From Podarcis vaucheri (Eukaryota), in the NCBI GenBank assembly GCA_965113315.1, contig OZ220364.1: 64,000 nucleotides of DNA. One strand, given 5' to 3'. The position numbers and the translations under genes are program-made. How positions within the stretch are numbered: position 1 is the stretch's first letter; each line of letters begins with the position of its first letter. Below, in pieces: positions 1 through 46,700 of this stretch. The notes beneath the pieces are model-generated. The model did no database searches. It had not been told where the DNA came from and worked only from the letters and a program-made list of their open reading frames with translations.

Positions 1-113
1 GGGAGGGCGTTCCACAGGGAGGGCGCCACTACCGAGAAGGCCCTCTGCCTGGTTCCCTGTAACTTGGCTTCTCGCAGTGAGGGAACCGCCAGAAGGCCCT
101 CGGTGCTGGACCT
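1..113 (-). mobile_element. L2 LINE ORF2 3' fragment
   Basis: Reverse strand translates RSSTEGLLAVPSLREAKLQGTRQRAFSVVAPSLWNALP, the typical L2 C-terminal motif. Confidence 0.85.
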
Positions 114-350
114 TTAGCTGGTGAAAGCTCCCTCCCGCACTGTGAGTGCGGGCTGAGACCTCGTCAGTACAGTAATATGACTCATAACACCCAAAAAGAA
201 GAGGGCAGTCCTTCTTGTACCTCAGGTCAACCAAGGCACGGCAGGTGGCCATTCCACTTTCCCCATCAGGTGTGATGTGCCTTGTGGGGCGGGGGGGAGG
301 CTTTAAGGTTCTGTGCTGCATGTATCGGGGCCTATGAAATGAGTCCCCTG

Positions 351-367
351 CAGCGCCCCCTACAGGC
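351..367 (-). promoter_or_regulatory. CTCF-like motif
   Basis: Reverse complement GCCTGTAGGGGGCGCTG resembles the CTCF core consensus. Confidence 0.5.
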
Positions 368-668
368 TAAACCGGACAACAGGCACCTAGGACAAGAGCG
401 CGACGACTGCGGTGCATGCCGGGAGCGGAGGAGTAAATAAATAAGGGCGCGCGCAGGGCACGCTGGGAACTCGAATCAGGGGCGGGGCCTGCTGGCTGGC
501 CGGCGCGGGGCACGCCGGGATTGGAACGGAGGTTCTGGCGCGGGGCACGCCGGGATCAGGGCGGGCTGGTGTTCGGGGGGCCCAGCGCAGGGCCGTCGCT
601 CACTCGGTGTCTCCGGCGGCGGCTGTTGGGCTCGGAGGCGCGACGGAGGCTGCTTCTGCCCGGCGGGG

Positions 669-34876
<34,208 letters not shown>

Positions 34877-36005
34877 GAACTGGAGATTCCAAACACCCCC
34901 CCTCTGGAGTCATTTTTTTGCTCACAGTATAGAAGGGGAGCGCACATACCTGCCTGTGCAGGAGCCAGATGCTTCTCGCTAAGAGATGCCATGGCATTCA
35001 TTACACTCTCCAGCCACCGTCTTCTATGCTGCCTCAATACTAAGGAAACTAAAGGAAGGTCACTATAACATGCAAAGTTTCCCACCTAATGAAAGGTGCT
35101 GTGTCCCTTTCCTGTGGCCTTTTGCAAATTTAAATTGTATGGAAACCATGTGGTGTTCCTGCCTATTATGAATAGAACGTGTGAACCTTTTTCATGCCTA
35201 GTTAGTCTTTCCAAGAAGTTAGAAAGAATGATGTGAAGATGGACATTCTCTTGCAGACTTGAGTAGCCAACTCTGAAAGAGTGTGATCACCAGGAGCCCA
35301 GCTGCTGAAGCAGGTCCTCCTAAGTCTGACACAGGCCAAGGAAAGAAAGATGTTCTTCATGCTCCCTTTTTAAGAGTTCGCTATACACTGTAGAAACGCA
35401 GAATCGCAGAGAGAAACCACTTTTTCCCTGATGGCTCCAGGATTTAAAAATGTGTATTTAGTGAAAAACTAGGTTTGTAGTGAAACAGTATTTCATGAAA
35501 GTAGATATTTTTAGAATTTGAAATACCACAACTGTTCCTGGGTTACAAGGAAAGGCACATTGTGTTTAGTCTTCCTTTCAGTAAAACCTTTCAAGAAATG
35601 ATTCTTAGAAATAAATCCAAAATAGCACAATTGGCCAGAGGAGAGCTAAAAGAAATTGACTTCCAACACCAGTTTCCACAAATGCAAGGGGGGGAAAGAA
35701 CTTTTATGTTTTGGAGATGTTGTACATCTCTCCCTAAACTGGCAAACCAGGTAATAGTTCACCAGTTGTCAGTTCTAGATTGGGACTTATACTTCCCAGA
35801 GCTAATTTTCAATATCAGCTTTGTCCAGAAATATTTTCAGTAAAATGTTCCTGCTTGATAGAGTTGTATTCAGAATTGTCACCATTGAACTGATGGATTC
35901 CATTGTTTGACTGTACATTGGGACTATATCTACCTTCTATCCAGCTGTACTGTAGTGCCACCTGCAGGCCTGTTAATATGTTCACGGTTATTTCATTTTT
36001 TAAAA

Positions 36006-36011
36006 AATAAA
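36006..36011 (+). terminator. KDM3B polyadenylation signal (3'UTR ~1.15 kb)
   Basis: AATAAA after a U-rich stretch at the end of a repeat-free 3'UTR-like segment. Confidence 0.7.
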
Positions 36012-36685
36012 AGTCATTTACTGTAGAATCTTCTTTAAACCTACACTGAATCTGTGCAAGAGGAATTGTGGATGGGGCTAAAGAAGTGTCTTTGCTTCTG
36101 AGCTCGCACTCCTCTCCCATAACTCCTGAGAGCTGCACTCATGCATATTTTTCAGAGGCAACTTCCAAGGTTTGCTGCACCATTTCCCTTCAGTACCTAG
36201 TAATAATGATCTTTTTTTCAGGAGGCAGCAAAACTGCAACATGGTTTCAGCAGTGAACCAGTCAAGCAATCCCATGTGTATTTTATTTCTCTTATATGTA
36301 TGATGTGGTCAAACGTGACCCATGAAACACTCTGGCATAACACAGACTCCACTCCACAATTCAGAACAGGCTAAACCCTGTAAGAGTTACTATGGGAGAG
36401 CAAAAATGTCATAGTTGTAGTCACTTAGAAGAAACCAAGATGTAGCAAACATTGTGTTTTTCCACTTATCTATACCACTCAAACTGGGATAAAGTCTCTG
36501 TGTGTGCTTACTCTCAGCTATTTATCTGAATTACAAAGCCCCTTCAAAATGCCTTCAGTTTTCCCTTCACCAACAAAATGTTCCTCATCCATTTACAGCT
36601 ATACCGTAATTTCGTTGGCAATCTCATTTGAAATCTGCCTCATGCAACCAACGTTGGATACCCAGGTTTGGGCAGCTGGAGCATA

Positions 36686-36994
36686 CAGCGGTGCCCCGAA
36701 AGACGAATGCCTCGCAAGACAGAAAACTCGCTAGACGAAAGAGTTTTCCGTTTCGGAGGTGCTTCGCAAAATGAATTTCCTATGGGCTTGCTTCGCAAGA
36801 CAACAGTGTCTTGCGAGTTTCTGCTGGTTTTTTTCCCTTTCCCCCCCTTTTGCTAAGCCGCTTATCAGCTGATCCAATCAGCAGATAAGCCGCTAATCCG
36901 CTAATCCTTCAATGGGCTTGCTTCGCAAGACGAAAAAACCGCTAGACGAAGAGAATCACAGAACGGATTCTTTTCGTCTTGCGAGGCACCACTG
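36686..36994. mobile_element. Tigger/pogo-type MITE, same family as 32471-33536, opposite orientation
   Basis: TA|CAGCGGTGCCCCGAAAGACGAA...TTCGTCTTGCGAGGCACCACTG|TA; left ~120 bp is the reverse complement of ~33416-33536. Confidence 0.9.
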
Positions 36995-37241
36995 TACTTG
37001 GGCTCCCATACTTTTGGAGCTGCGTTGGTGCAAGGCCAGAATCAGTGCCATGACATGCAGCTCTGGTCACATCTCTCCACATTTGTTGGGTGACCGAGGG
37101 GTAAAATAGCCACTCCCAGAGATCTATTCCCTCATCTCTGCATGCATACTCCCCAACAATTCTAGTTCATCAGCACTGACCATAGGACAGCAGCTGAAAT
37201 TTCTCAATATATATTCCAGACTGTCAACATGGTCTCATCAT

Positions 37242-37425
37242 TAGAACATAAGAGGCCTGCTGAATCAGACCAAAGGCCTGTCTTGCCCTACATTCTGTGG
37301 CTAGCCTGGCCTATGGGAAGCCCACAAGCAGGGCATGAGCAAAACCACACACTCTGGCTCATGATCCCTAGCAGCTGGTATTCATGTCTGTGATAGCTGA
37401 AGTTAATACTGCCATCATAACTAGC
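37242..37425 (-). mobile_element. CR1 LINE 3' end
   Basis: agaacataagaggcctgctgaatcagaccaaaggcc...cccacaagcagggcatgag. Confidence 0.7.
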
Positions 37426-40400
37426 AATTGGTTTGTCTCATTTGCCCAACATTACTGTACTGGTTATGGTGGGTGACATTAATAGTACTTCCTTTTCTGT
37501 ATGCTCCAGTAATTCTCTCAGAGCAAGGGAATCTTCTTAAGCAGGAGTTGATGCCTTCCAAACTACACATTTTATCATGGCTACCAAGCATCTAAGCCTC
37601 AGGACAAAAAATGCTAGTGGAAATCAGCAACGATTTGAATTGCAAACCCATATTTTATTTGTAGTGGTTTCAAGCTGTCCTGGATTTTAGCTTCTCTCAT
37701 CTGCGCTCCAGTGACTAAGCATTAAAAATATTGCTATGTTGCACTGTATTTCATAGGATTTTTAATGGGAAATCTCAGCTACTGCTTAGATTCTGAACAT
37801 TTAGGAAATAAACTTGAGTGTGTATAGTATTTGTATCCTAAGTCATGCAATTGCTACTACTAAAAACATATAGCAGCAATACTAGAGGAGCATGTAACAT
37901 GCCCTCTCCAAGTTGTAGAAGAAGCCAAAGCAATAAAATTAAGATCCCTGACCTCCTTAGCACTATGTTGAATTCCACCTGTTTGGGTGATAGTCAACCA
38001 AATTTTGCTGAGTAGACCTATTAAAATTAATGAATGTTGTTTTATAGTGTGTCTGAACCTTTTGCTGGAGTTGTAATATTTATTTATGAATATGTGTTTA
38101 GCCTTAACCTTATGCCCCAAGACGTTCACATGCAAAAGGAATAAAGAAAGATTGATGAACTTGAATATATGTGGCAAAATATATGGATGCGGCTTAAGAA
38201 AGCAGGTACACATACAAGCTGGTTGCAAACTGTACAACATAAACATACCTTGGTCTAAAGAGCAAAGAAAGATCCCTATCAAAAGCTCAAAGAGAAATTA
38301 AGTGTGACATTTGTCACAGTACCCACACTAAAGCAAAGGGAGGGAGGGAGGAAGAATGGTGTCCTGAAGCAAAGCATAGTGTCAGGCTGGTCCTTGAGAA
38401 AGTAGTGTGAAAAGGGGTCCATGAAAGCAAACCAGCCACTGAACATCTGGAGGTTTTTTTTTATTCTGAGCCAACGCTAGGCTATGGAGAGGGTCTTTGG
38501 GATTAGTGATTTGTAATAACACCTATATTCCATTGTTACATTATTTCCTATTAAGTTCCTGTCTGTTCCTCATTTTGTTTATTTGGTACTGAAATGATGT
38601 CCCCTTACTGAGAAATTACTAAACTAGTTATATTTGTTTCCAGAGTCTTAAGGTTTTCTTAATGTTGTGAAACCCATTCTTTTTACAGGAGATGTTAAAG
38701 TTTACTGGTAACACCAGATTACTGTGCTGAACTTTATGTAAAGTATTAGGAGCCCAGGAACATATTTATGGGACATATTTGAGACAGTAACTGGACCAGG
38801 GTCAAGGAAGTTCATTTAGGGGTATATTTTATATCAAGTTTATGCCAACTATTCCAATGCCATGATCTAAAAAGTTCAGACTGGCACACACCATTACAAC
38901 ATAACTTAGTCATGTTCATTAATTCAGTGGGTCTACTCTGAGTAAAACTTAGTTGAATAGCACCCTTTGTCCTCTTTCATTGTTCTTCCTAGATGTGCTG
39001 GCCAGCAATTACAATTTTTTTGCTGAATAATCCATTCAGGAGGCATTAAGCAGGCCAGCCATGGGTAACTGTTAATCATTTCATCATGGGAGCACATCAA
39101 AATACTGTGGCTTTCAGTTCTCCTTTCACATCCTCATTCTTGTGCAGTGAAATGCTTTAGCCAGCCAACTGGCTGTTGAAATGCTTTGAAGGTTTCAGTG
39201 AACTCTCTTTCCCTTTTTGGCCTTTTGATAGGCACTTTCCAGCTCTTCCTTTCCTTCTTTCTTATGGCTTATTCAGCTACTGGGGAGCCAGTTAAAAGTA
39301 GTAAAGGTTTCAGTATCATTTTTTAGTACATGGCAAAACAGAGTAGTAGACTGACTAAGATATATCTGACACAACCTTACATCTGAGGTTGTGGTAGAAC
39401 ATTTGAAAAGCACAGACTCCAGTGCGCCTTTTCCTTTTTTATGCTTTCACCACTTATCCATTAAATATATATGCTAAAAACATTTTAAGAAGAATGGCAA
39501 GGCCACTGAGAATGCATGTACATTTTAACTTTACTTTCTTGGATGTCAGAAAATTGTAAAACAAAAGAAAACGAAATAGGGTTATCTTTTAAACTTCTGG
39601 TATCTTATTCGTTGTAGTGCTTTGTTTATTAAGGGGGTTTAAAAAAGACCCACTAGAACAGTGGGACGTGTCTTAAATACTGGAAACAGAAGAACAAGCC
39701 AGTTTAAGATAATTTGATTTAATTACATGATCTAACAAACTACAAGAGGTATTCAATCTCAATTCTAATGGAAACGCTGAGGGGATTGGGTGAGAAAGAT
39801 GGAGTTTTGCTTGCTTTCTGGAAGGGAGCAGGGGTGCAAAAAGACCTTGAGTGCCCCTTTCCAGGGTCTTTGGTTTTGGAGAGAGGGCCACCTGATAAGA
39901 ATGGGGTAGCTGCTGCCTGAGACACCGATGAGAGCTGTTGGCAGAGGCCCAGACTGGTGTTTCCTCCGCATCCTCAGCCCGGCCCTGAACAAAACCCCAA
40001 GGATTTTAGGGATTCCCAATGGATAACGCGGCAACTCTGTCAAATCGAACAGTACCTGAAGAGAGCCCCCCGCCCACACCAATATCCATTGTCTACTTCT
40101 ATGGCGAGGGGGCCTTTCGGTTATTTCCCGGCCTTGCCCTTTAACGGTTTCGACCAATATAATAAATCCGGAGGCTCTTCTTGCGCACGAATATCTGAAA
40201 GACGCAACTGGCTGGCTGAGGCTTGAGGCTGCCTATTCCAGGGTTGAGTTGCGGCGTCGGAAACCGGCTTGCCCACCTGAACCCCGTTTCCCCGAGAGTA
40301 AGCCGTACTGAACTCAACAGGACTTACTTCTGAGGAGGCGTGGCAAGGACTGCGCTGCGAGCCCTCTAAAGCGCTGGTCCAGAGACGAGCGCTATTGCGG

Positions 40401-40501
40401 GGCTGGCTCTGCCCTCTAGGGCGGGGAGCGTGTCGCTTGACGCGAGGCCTGGCGGAGGCGCCGGACCTGCTGCTCTGCCACAGAGAGATGACGCGAAGGC
40501 C

Positions 40502-40531
<30 letters not shown>
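40502..40531 (+). repeat. (CAG)9CAA trinucleotide repeat upstream of the REEP2 ATG
   Basis: Counted directly. Confidence 0.95.
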
Positions 40532-40532
<1 letters not shown>

Positions 40533-40746
40533 CGCCGCACTGACGCCGAACCCACCGCCACGCGCCCGCTGCTCTTTTTCCCTCCGACAGGCGCCGCTGG
40601 CTCCTCCCCTTTAAGGAGCCGGGGCGGGGCCGCGCTTGCTGCAGGAACCTGCCCTTTAACAGCGCGCTCTCCTTTCCTCGCTGGTACCGCTGCCTAAAGC
40701 CAGCTCGCCAGTCCCCGCCGGCCCCCGGAGGAGCCTCGGCCTCGCC

Positions 40747-40778
40747 ATGGTTTCCTGGATCATCTCCCGGCTGGTGGT
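40747..40778 (+). CDS. REEP2: REEP2 exon 1 (coding part)
   Basis: Kozak gccATGg; [10 protein letters not shown]|gtaagc. Confidence 0.95.
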
Positions 40779-43700
40779 GTAAGCGCGCGGCGGCGGCGGC
40801 GGGAGGAGGGGGGCGACGGCGACGGGGAGGCCCTCCTCGCCCGTTGCTAGGCAACGGGAAGAAGATGGGGACGGGGGTCGTCTGGATGGGCGGCTCTCCC
40901 GAATCCCACCCCGCCCGGTGGTGCCCGCTGCGCCCAGCCCTTTTCTCGGCTCCTCGGCTCCTCTGCCTCTCGGGGGCTCCTGAGGCGGACGCCCACCCCC
41001 CCACGGCCCCTGCTGCCACCCCGCCCAGCTTAGCCCTGACCCTGACAGGTGACAAGAGCGAGCCCAGGGGCGTCGCCTGGACACCGCGGTCCTTCCCCCC
41101 CCCCCCCGCTTATTAAGCTGCTGTCCGTTTAACGGCCTCTGGGCGCCACCACCTGAGGGCTGCAGGTAGGGCACCCAGCGCCTCTGACGCTCTGCCAGCC
41201 TTGCAGCCGCTGCGCTAGGCCTGCTCTGCGCTGGCAGCGGAAGGGGAGAAGAGGGTGGATGGGCGGGCTAGCAGGGACCGGGGCTTCTCCGGCCTGGAGC
41301 CGACTCTAAGCTGATTGAATAATCTCAGGAGGTTTTTCTTCTTCCTTTCTCTTTTCTGTTTAAATAATATCCAGGCTGGTTTTCGGCACCTTGTACCCAG
41401 CATACTCCTCTTACAAAGCTGTGAAGACGAAAAATGTGAAGGAATATGTAAGTGTGAGGCAATTAACCATAAGCTTGGTTTAACATCAACCCTTACTGTA
41501 GCTTGTCTCCTAGTGGTGTGAAGATACTAGCGACATAGCTTGTTCAAGCAGGAAATTGGAATTGTACTGCAAAACGATGCTATAGTCCATGTCACCCATA
41601 TTACACAACACTGAATAGTTCGTCTGACCATTTTCTGCCTTATTTGAGTAAATAATGGTGGAATAGAGCTGAAATACCTATTCTGCTCAGTTTCGGGTTT
41701 AAAATTACATTATAGACCCATTTAAGCACCAAGTGACAGAAACTTCAAATGTGAAAATTCCTGAGGTGTCTTCACAATTGACTTTTTTTTAGCTCCTACA
41801 AATCCGTGATGTCACTTCACCACAGCTCCAACTAATTTGCATTACCTCTTTGCTTTTTTCTGCAGTAAAGGTTACAGCTATTGCAGCCCACTTGCCTGGT
41901 CTGTAGCATGTGCTTCATAAATGGCAAAATCCACTTTCTGCATGGCTTTTAGTCAATTTAAACCAGATGGTTGCACATTTTTGAACACTAAAAACTATGC
42001 TTCTATCACTTGCGTGTTTGCACAAAGTGTGAAAAATGTCATTTTCGTGTCATTTGTGAAAATGCAAGTGTTTCTTTTTGTTGCCACTTTCTATTTGCTG
42101 CAGTTTCCCTGACATTGCTATCTAGAATACTGTGGCATTTTCAAGAGTGCTTCTTCTGAAAGTTATTGTAAAATTGAAAGCAGCAAAGAGGCATTTTTAA
42201 TCCCGAATGGATTATTTGTTTTTAAAATGTAGGCCCATCCTTTTAAAATGTGGGACCAAAGACCATCCTTACCCATTACTTGTGAAAATCCTGGCATAAT
42301 TAATTTAGGATACAGTGCAGCTCAAGCAAAATGATGTACATATGTATAGTTGCTAAATGGGCAAGATATACCGTATATAGTTGAAAAGAATTCGAGAGGG
42401 AGTTAATTTAGTCCAAGGGGCAATGCTGCTTCATTTACTTATTTACCACATTTTGTTGCTCTGTGATTCAATTATGAAATGAATAAAATTTCTTTTTTAA
42501 CTTCTATGACTTTATCACAAAAGTTCAGTTGTGGGGAAATTAACATATTGACTGCATTTGAAAATGCATACTAGGAATGCTTCTGAAGCAGTTTAAGAAA
42601 GAAAACCCCTCTTTGGTTTGTGTTCCAGGTTTGCAGAATATTTGAGTTAGATGGCTTTTTAAAGCATTAGACAAATTCCTGAAGGAAAATGAATCAGTGG
42701 CTATTAGCAAATGTACAGTGGTGGGGGCCGAGCGGTCTTCAGCCCCCCAGTTTTTCAAGAAGGGGGCTGGGCTCCCTCCAAATCCAGTAGCCTGCTCTGC
42801 CGCATCTACCCCACCTATGTCGTGAAACCCTGCTGATGTCATGCGGGGATGAGGAGGCTGAGCGGGGAGCCTGGTGGCCCCACTCTGCCGCCTCCTCCCT
42901 GACCAACCTTGTGCAGGGAGAAGGCCAACCACGTTCCCCATTCCCCGGCGGGACACGTCACATGCCATGTAACATGATGCCTCACGAGATGCACCTCCGC
43001 CATGTGGGGGGCAAGTGAGTGCCCTTGGCTGTTAGCCATGATAACTAAATGTAACATTCATGTGTCTGAATATCAGTTGCTTGGAATCCAATGACATGGA
43101 AGGACTATTACCTTCAAGTGCTGTTTGTTGGCTTTCCAGTAGCACCTGGCAGAACATTGTTAGAAATGGGGTACTAGACTAGAATGGAGACTGTCGGATC
43201 CAGCAACTTATGTTTGCTCCACCACTTTGGCAAAAAAGGGAGATTTAACATAAGCTTTCTGTTTCAGAGATCCATGGTGAGATTCTTCAGCAGAGATCTC
43301 ACTATTGATTGTTTTAATGTAGCAGATATTACAGAATCCCATAGTGAGCATAACAAATAGGCTTTGGAACCTTTCTCTACTTCTTACAGCCCCTTGCCTG
43401 CCTGCCTCCAGGGAGTGTGCCGTGCGAACGCCGGCCAAACAGTCATTCAGCAAGAGGGCCCAGGACATGGCAGCAAGGCTAGCCTGGGCTCTGGGGCCCA
43501 GAAACCCCAGCAGGGCTTTTATTAGTCAGGGAGGGCAAAAGTTGAACATACATGTAGTAGGTCTCACTCCTCCAAGAACTCTTCCCACATCCATGGATTG
43601 CAGATGTATCCAAAATAACGAGGTGTGAAAGGTACATCTGGCTCTGCCCTAACTGTGATACCCAATTTGGAATGGATGTGAGTAGTTTTTTTCTGTGAAG

Positions 43701-46700
43701 TGTTCAGTGAACGGGTCACAGTGAATTAGTTGAGTGGTCCTCCCCCACCTTTAAGGCCAAACATTGATCACTAGAAGAGTTTCATTGGACAACTGAGTAG
43801 ATTCAATGGTGGCAGAAAAGTCTGACTTATTTGCTGCCATCACCACCAGGGTGATGAAAGTGAGCTCTAGCCTGTGTGATCACATTTGTCATGAGTCTCC
43901 CACTATTGTCATTCCAGTTGTTGCCCATGTTGTTTCATTGCCTTAAGTTTCCCAGACCCATTAGGGAGAAAATTTGGCTCTCTGCTGCGTTCCATGATTC
44001 ATGCACAGTGATGACCTGCAAATACAAGTTCAGGGATTCGAACAGCCTTGGTCCCAAATAAACAATTTTTGTTGTAACTATTATTATAAGTTGGCAGCCC
44101 TTCCCCAACCGCTCCTAAATCCCAGTCTCCCTTGCTCACCCCTGTTCAAGGTTGCATGGTCAGTTATTGAGGGGCTACACGGAGAGCAAAGAATCTTGAC
44201 CATTGTCCTGCATGAGTTGTATGTACCCTAAAATACCTCATCACTTCTGTGTAGCTGTGCACTGAAAGGCAAATTTTTTTAACAGCTAGCAAGCTGTTTT
44301 TTTACTTTGTCTGCCATTACTGATCATTTTGTTGAGGAACCCCTGATAATATGAGGAATGCTGAGGAACACAATTCGAAGGAAAGTACTTTAAAATAGCA
44401 GCTATACTTGGATTTGGTGTCACTGGTATTAGTTGATATTAACTGAAAATACATGTTAGTGTCAGTGGGAAAAGGCTGTTTGGATATCCTCAAGCTTTAG
44501 TAAGAATAATGCAAGAGCATCAAAAAATATTTTTCAAAAGATTAGTAATAGGGATGCCAAATGTCTGGGCTTTCCTGGACACATCTGAGAATTGCTCAGA
44601 AAAATGGCATCCAGGCATATTTTTGCTGAATCGGCAAAATGTCCGGGAAAACCTGGACGTATGGTAAATTTGGGCTGTTTTTATTTTTTTTAATGTTCCT
44701 AAAAAAGGCTCAAAAACTCCGTCTGGATTTTCACTTTGGGGAATATGGCATGGGCAACCCTAATTAATCAAGGGTAGACGGTATGAAATCTAAAAAGAAA
44801 TATTGTTCATAACCATAATACAGAGTGAAGTGGCTAAAAATTGACACTTTCAAATTTCATCGTAGTATAGACCTGCGAGTCACCCAGGTATTTGGAAGGA
44901 ATTGCAAGTTCAAAGTTACTGTTTAAGAACAAGCTGCTTTTCAGGAGCCAATTTCAGTGGCAATATTTTTTTACATAATGCCTTGTAGTTAAGGAACAGC
45001 AGGGGGAGCTAGCTTCTCTTTCTAGCTTGGAACAGGCTCGTTAAATTGTTCAGACAAAGATGAGGGCATAATCTTGGCTGCCAAAATATTCGTACTAGTA
45101 TTAAACGTTACTGTAGCAAAATTGACATGCTGTGATAAAGGTCAACTCCTCCTTTCTCGTGTGGGGATGCATTGCATTGTTTATACTATTATCCTGGTAA
45201 TCTGCTTTGATATTGGTAGTCCATCTTATAATTAAGTTGTTCTGTTCACCCCCAACTTTTTTTGCTGAGAATTGTTGATTTGTGGGTAGCAACATTATTT
45301 ACTCATGAAATGTATCTCTCAGTTTCCTGTGCTGTCTCTCATCCTGGAAATGGTTAAGACTTCCTAGTGAAGATCAGCACAACCAAAGCAGGAGAACAAG
45401 GGATAGGAAAATCAGACATGAAAGACTGCCCCAGGTCACACATTGTGGTAAACTATAGTTAATAATTTACCATGAACATGCCAAGCAGGACTATTTTGCT
45501 CCTGCTGGCACACGTTTGGAGGAAACAAACCATTATATTTAGATGAGTGTTTAATCATGGTTTGTTCTATTCTATTAAACCATGATCAGTAAGCCATGAA
45601 TAAACCTTAGTTACAAACTGTGGCTTGTTGGAGTTAAACAAAGCACAATGTATGGTTCAGACACAATGGAAAGCTAGGAGTTGTTGTTTGTTTCTTGCTT
45701 GCATGAGTCAAAAAGAGTGAAGTAGGAGTAATACAATTCTGCATGATAAGCCATCACCATGATGTGCAAACAAGGTCTCTATTTTCAAGCACCAGTTGTA
45801 AATAGGATGTGCAAGGTTTTACCGTATTTTTCGCTCTATAACACGCACCAGACCATAACACGCATGTAGTTTTTAGAGAAGGAAAACAAGAAAAAAAAAT
45901 ATTCTAAACGAAATAGTGGATATATGATTTTTGTGGTTCATGGTGTGGCCACAGACATGTGATCTGACAGTTTGGAGTAGCCCAATGCAAAAATCCTGAG
46001 GATCCATGTGGATCCATGCTTTGTAACCACAGAGGAGGGAAGGAAGGGGAACCATGGATCCTCCGCTCATGACTGCAGCAGATCCCCCCCGCCACGCACA
46101 GGCATTCGCTCCATAACACGCACAGACATTTCCCCTTACTTTCTAGGAGGAAAAAAGTGAGTGTTATGGTGCAAAAAATACGGTAATTCCTTTGTGAAGT
46201 TAGCACAATCTGGTAAAGAGGGATGGTTGTTCAGAATCTGTTACAACTGCCCAGGTTCCTTGATGGTGTCAGTGCAGATGTTAGAGGAGAAATGTGCATT
46301 ACACTGTGAACAGGACTGTTGTACTATGTATATCTTAGATCTGCACAAATTGTTCACAAAAGTGCAAAAGTTCCAGGTCATTTGAATTGACAAAAAGGCT
46401 GTACACATGGCCAAGTAATGATAAGACGTAAGTGTGGTGAAAAGCTATAGGTGTCTGAAAATTATTGGCAGGCGAACCTTAAAGCAGAATTTCTGTTTTT
46501 GGAACTTTCCTTGATGTCTCTGCTACTAGACACTGTTGAAGAGAGAGACCAACTGTTTGAAACCCAGAATTGCTGACATTTGGACATGGGTATAATTATA
46601 ATGAACTGCTTCAAAATTACAAGATTTGGCATCAGTCAGGAATTTGTTTTAAGTAGGTTGCAGCTTTCAAATGATATGTAATGGTGCTGGCTGTCTTGCA

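Larger units (their letters stand above)
39950..41310 (+). promoter_or_regulatory. CpG island / promoter of REEP2
   Basis: CpG-rich; CCAAT boxes at 40016, 40079, 40154; TGACGC CRE half-sites ~40438, 40489, 40541; GC box ~40621. Confidence 0.85.

Noticed and set aside
40121-40561. Minus-strand ORF with a signal-peptide-like poly-Leu stretch
   Set aside because: Non-ATG start; the poly-Leu comes from the CTG repeat in a CpG island.
43390-43530. Strong acceptor followed by a GC-rich block in REEP2 intron 2
   Set aside because: No convincing donor, and REEP2 exons 2-3 already join correctly; it could be an enhancer but this is unsupported.
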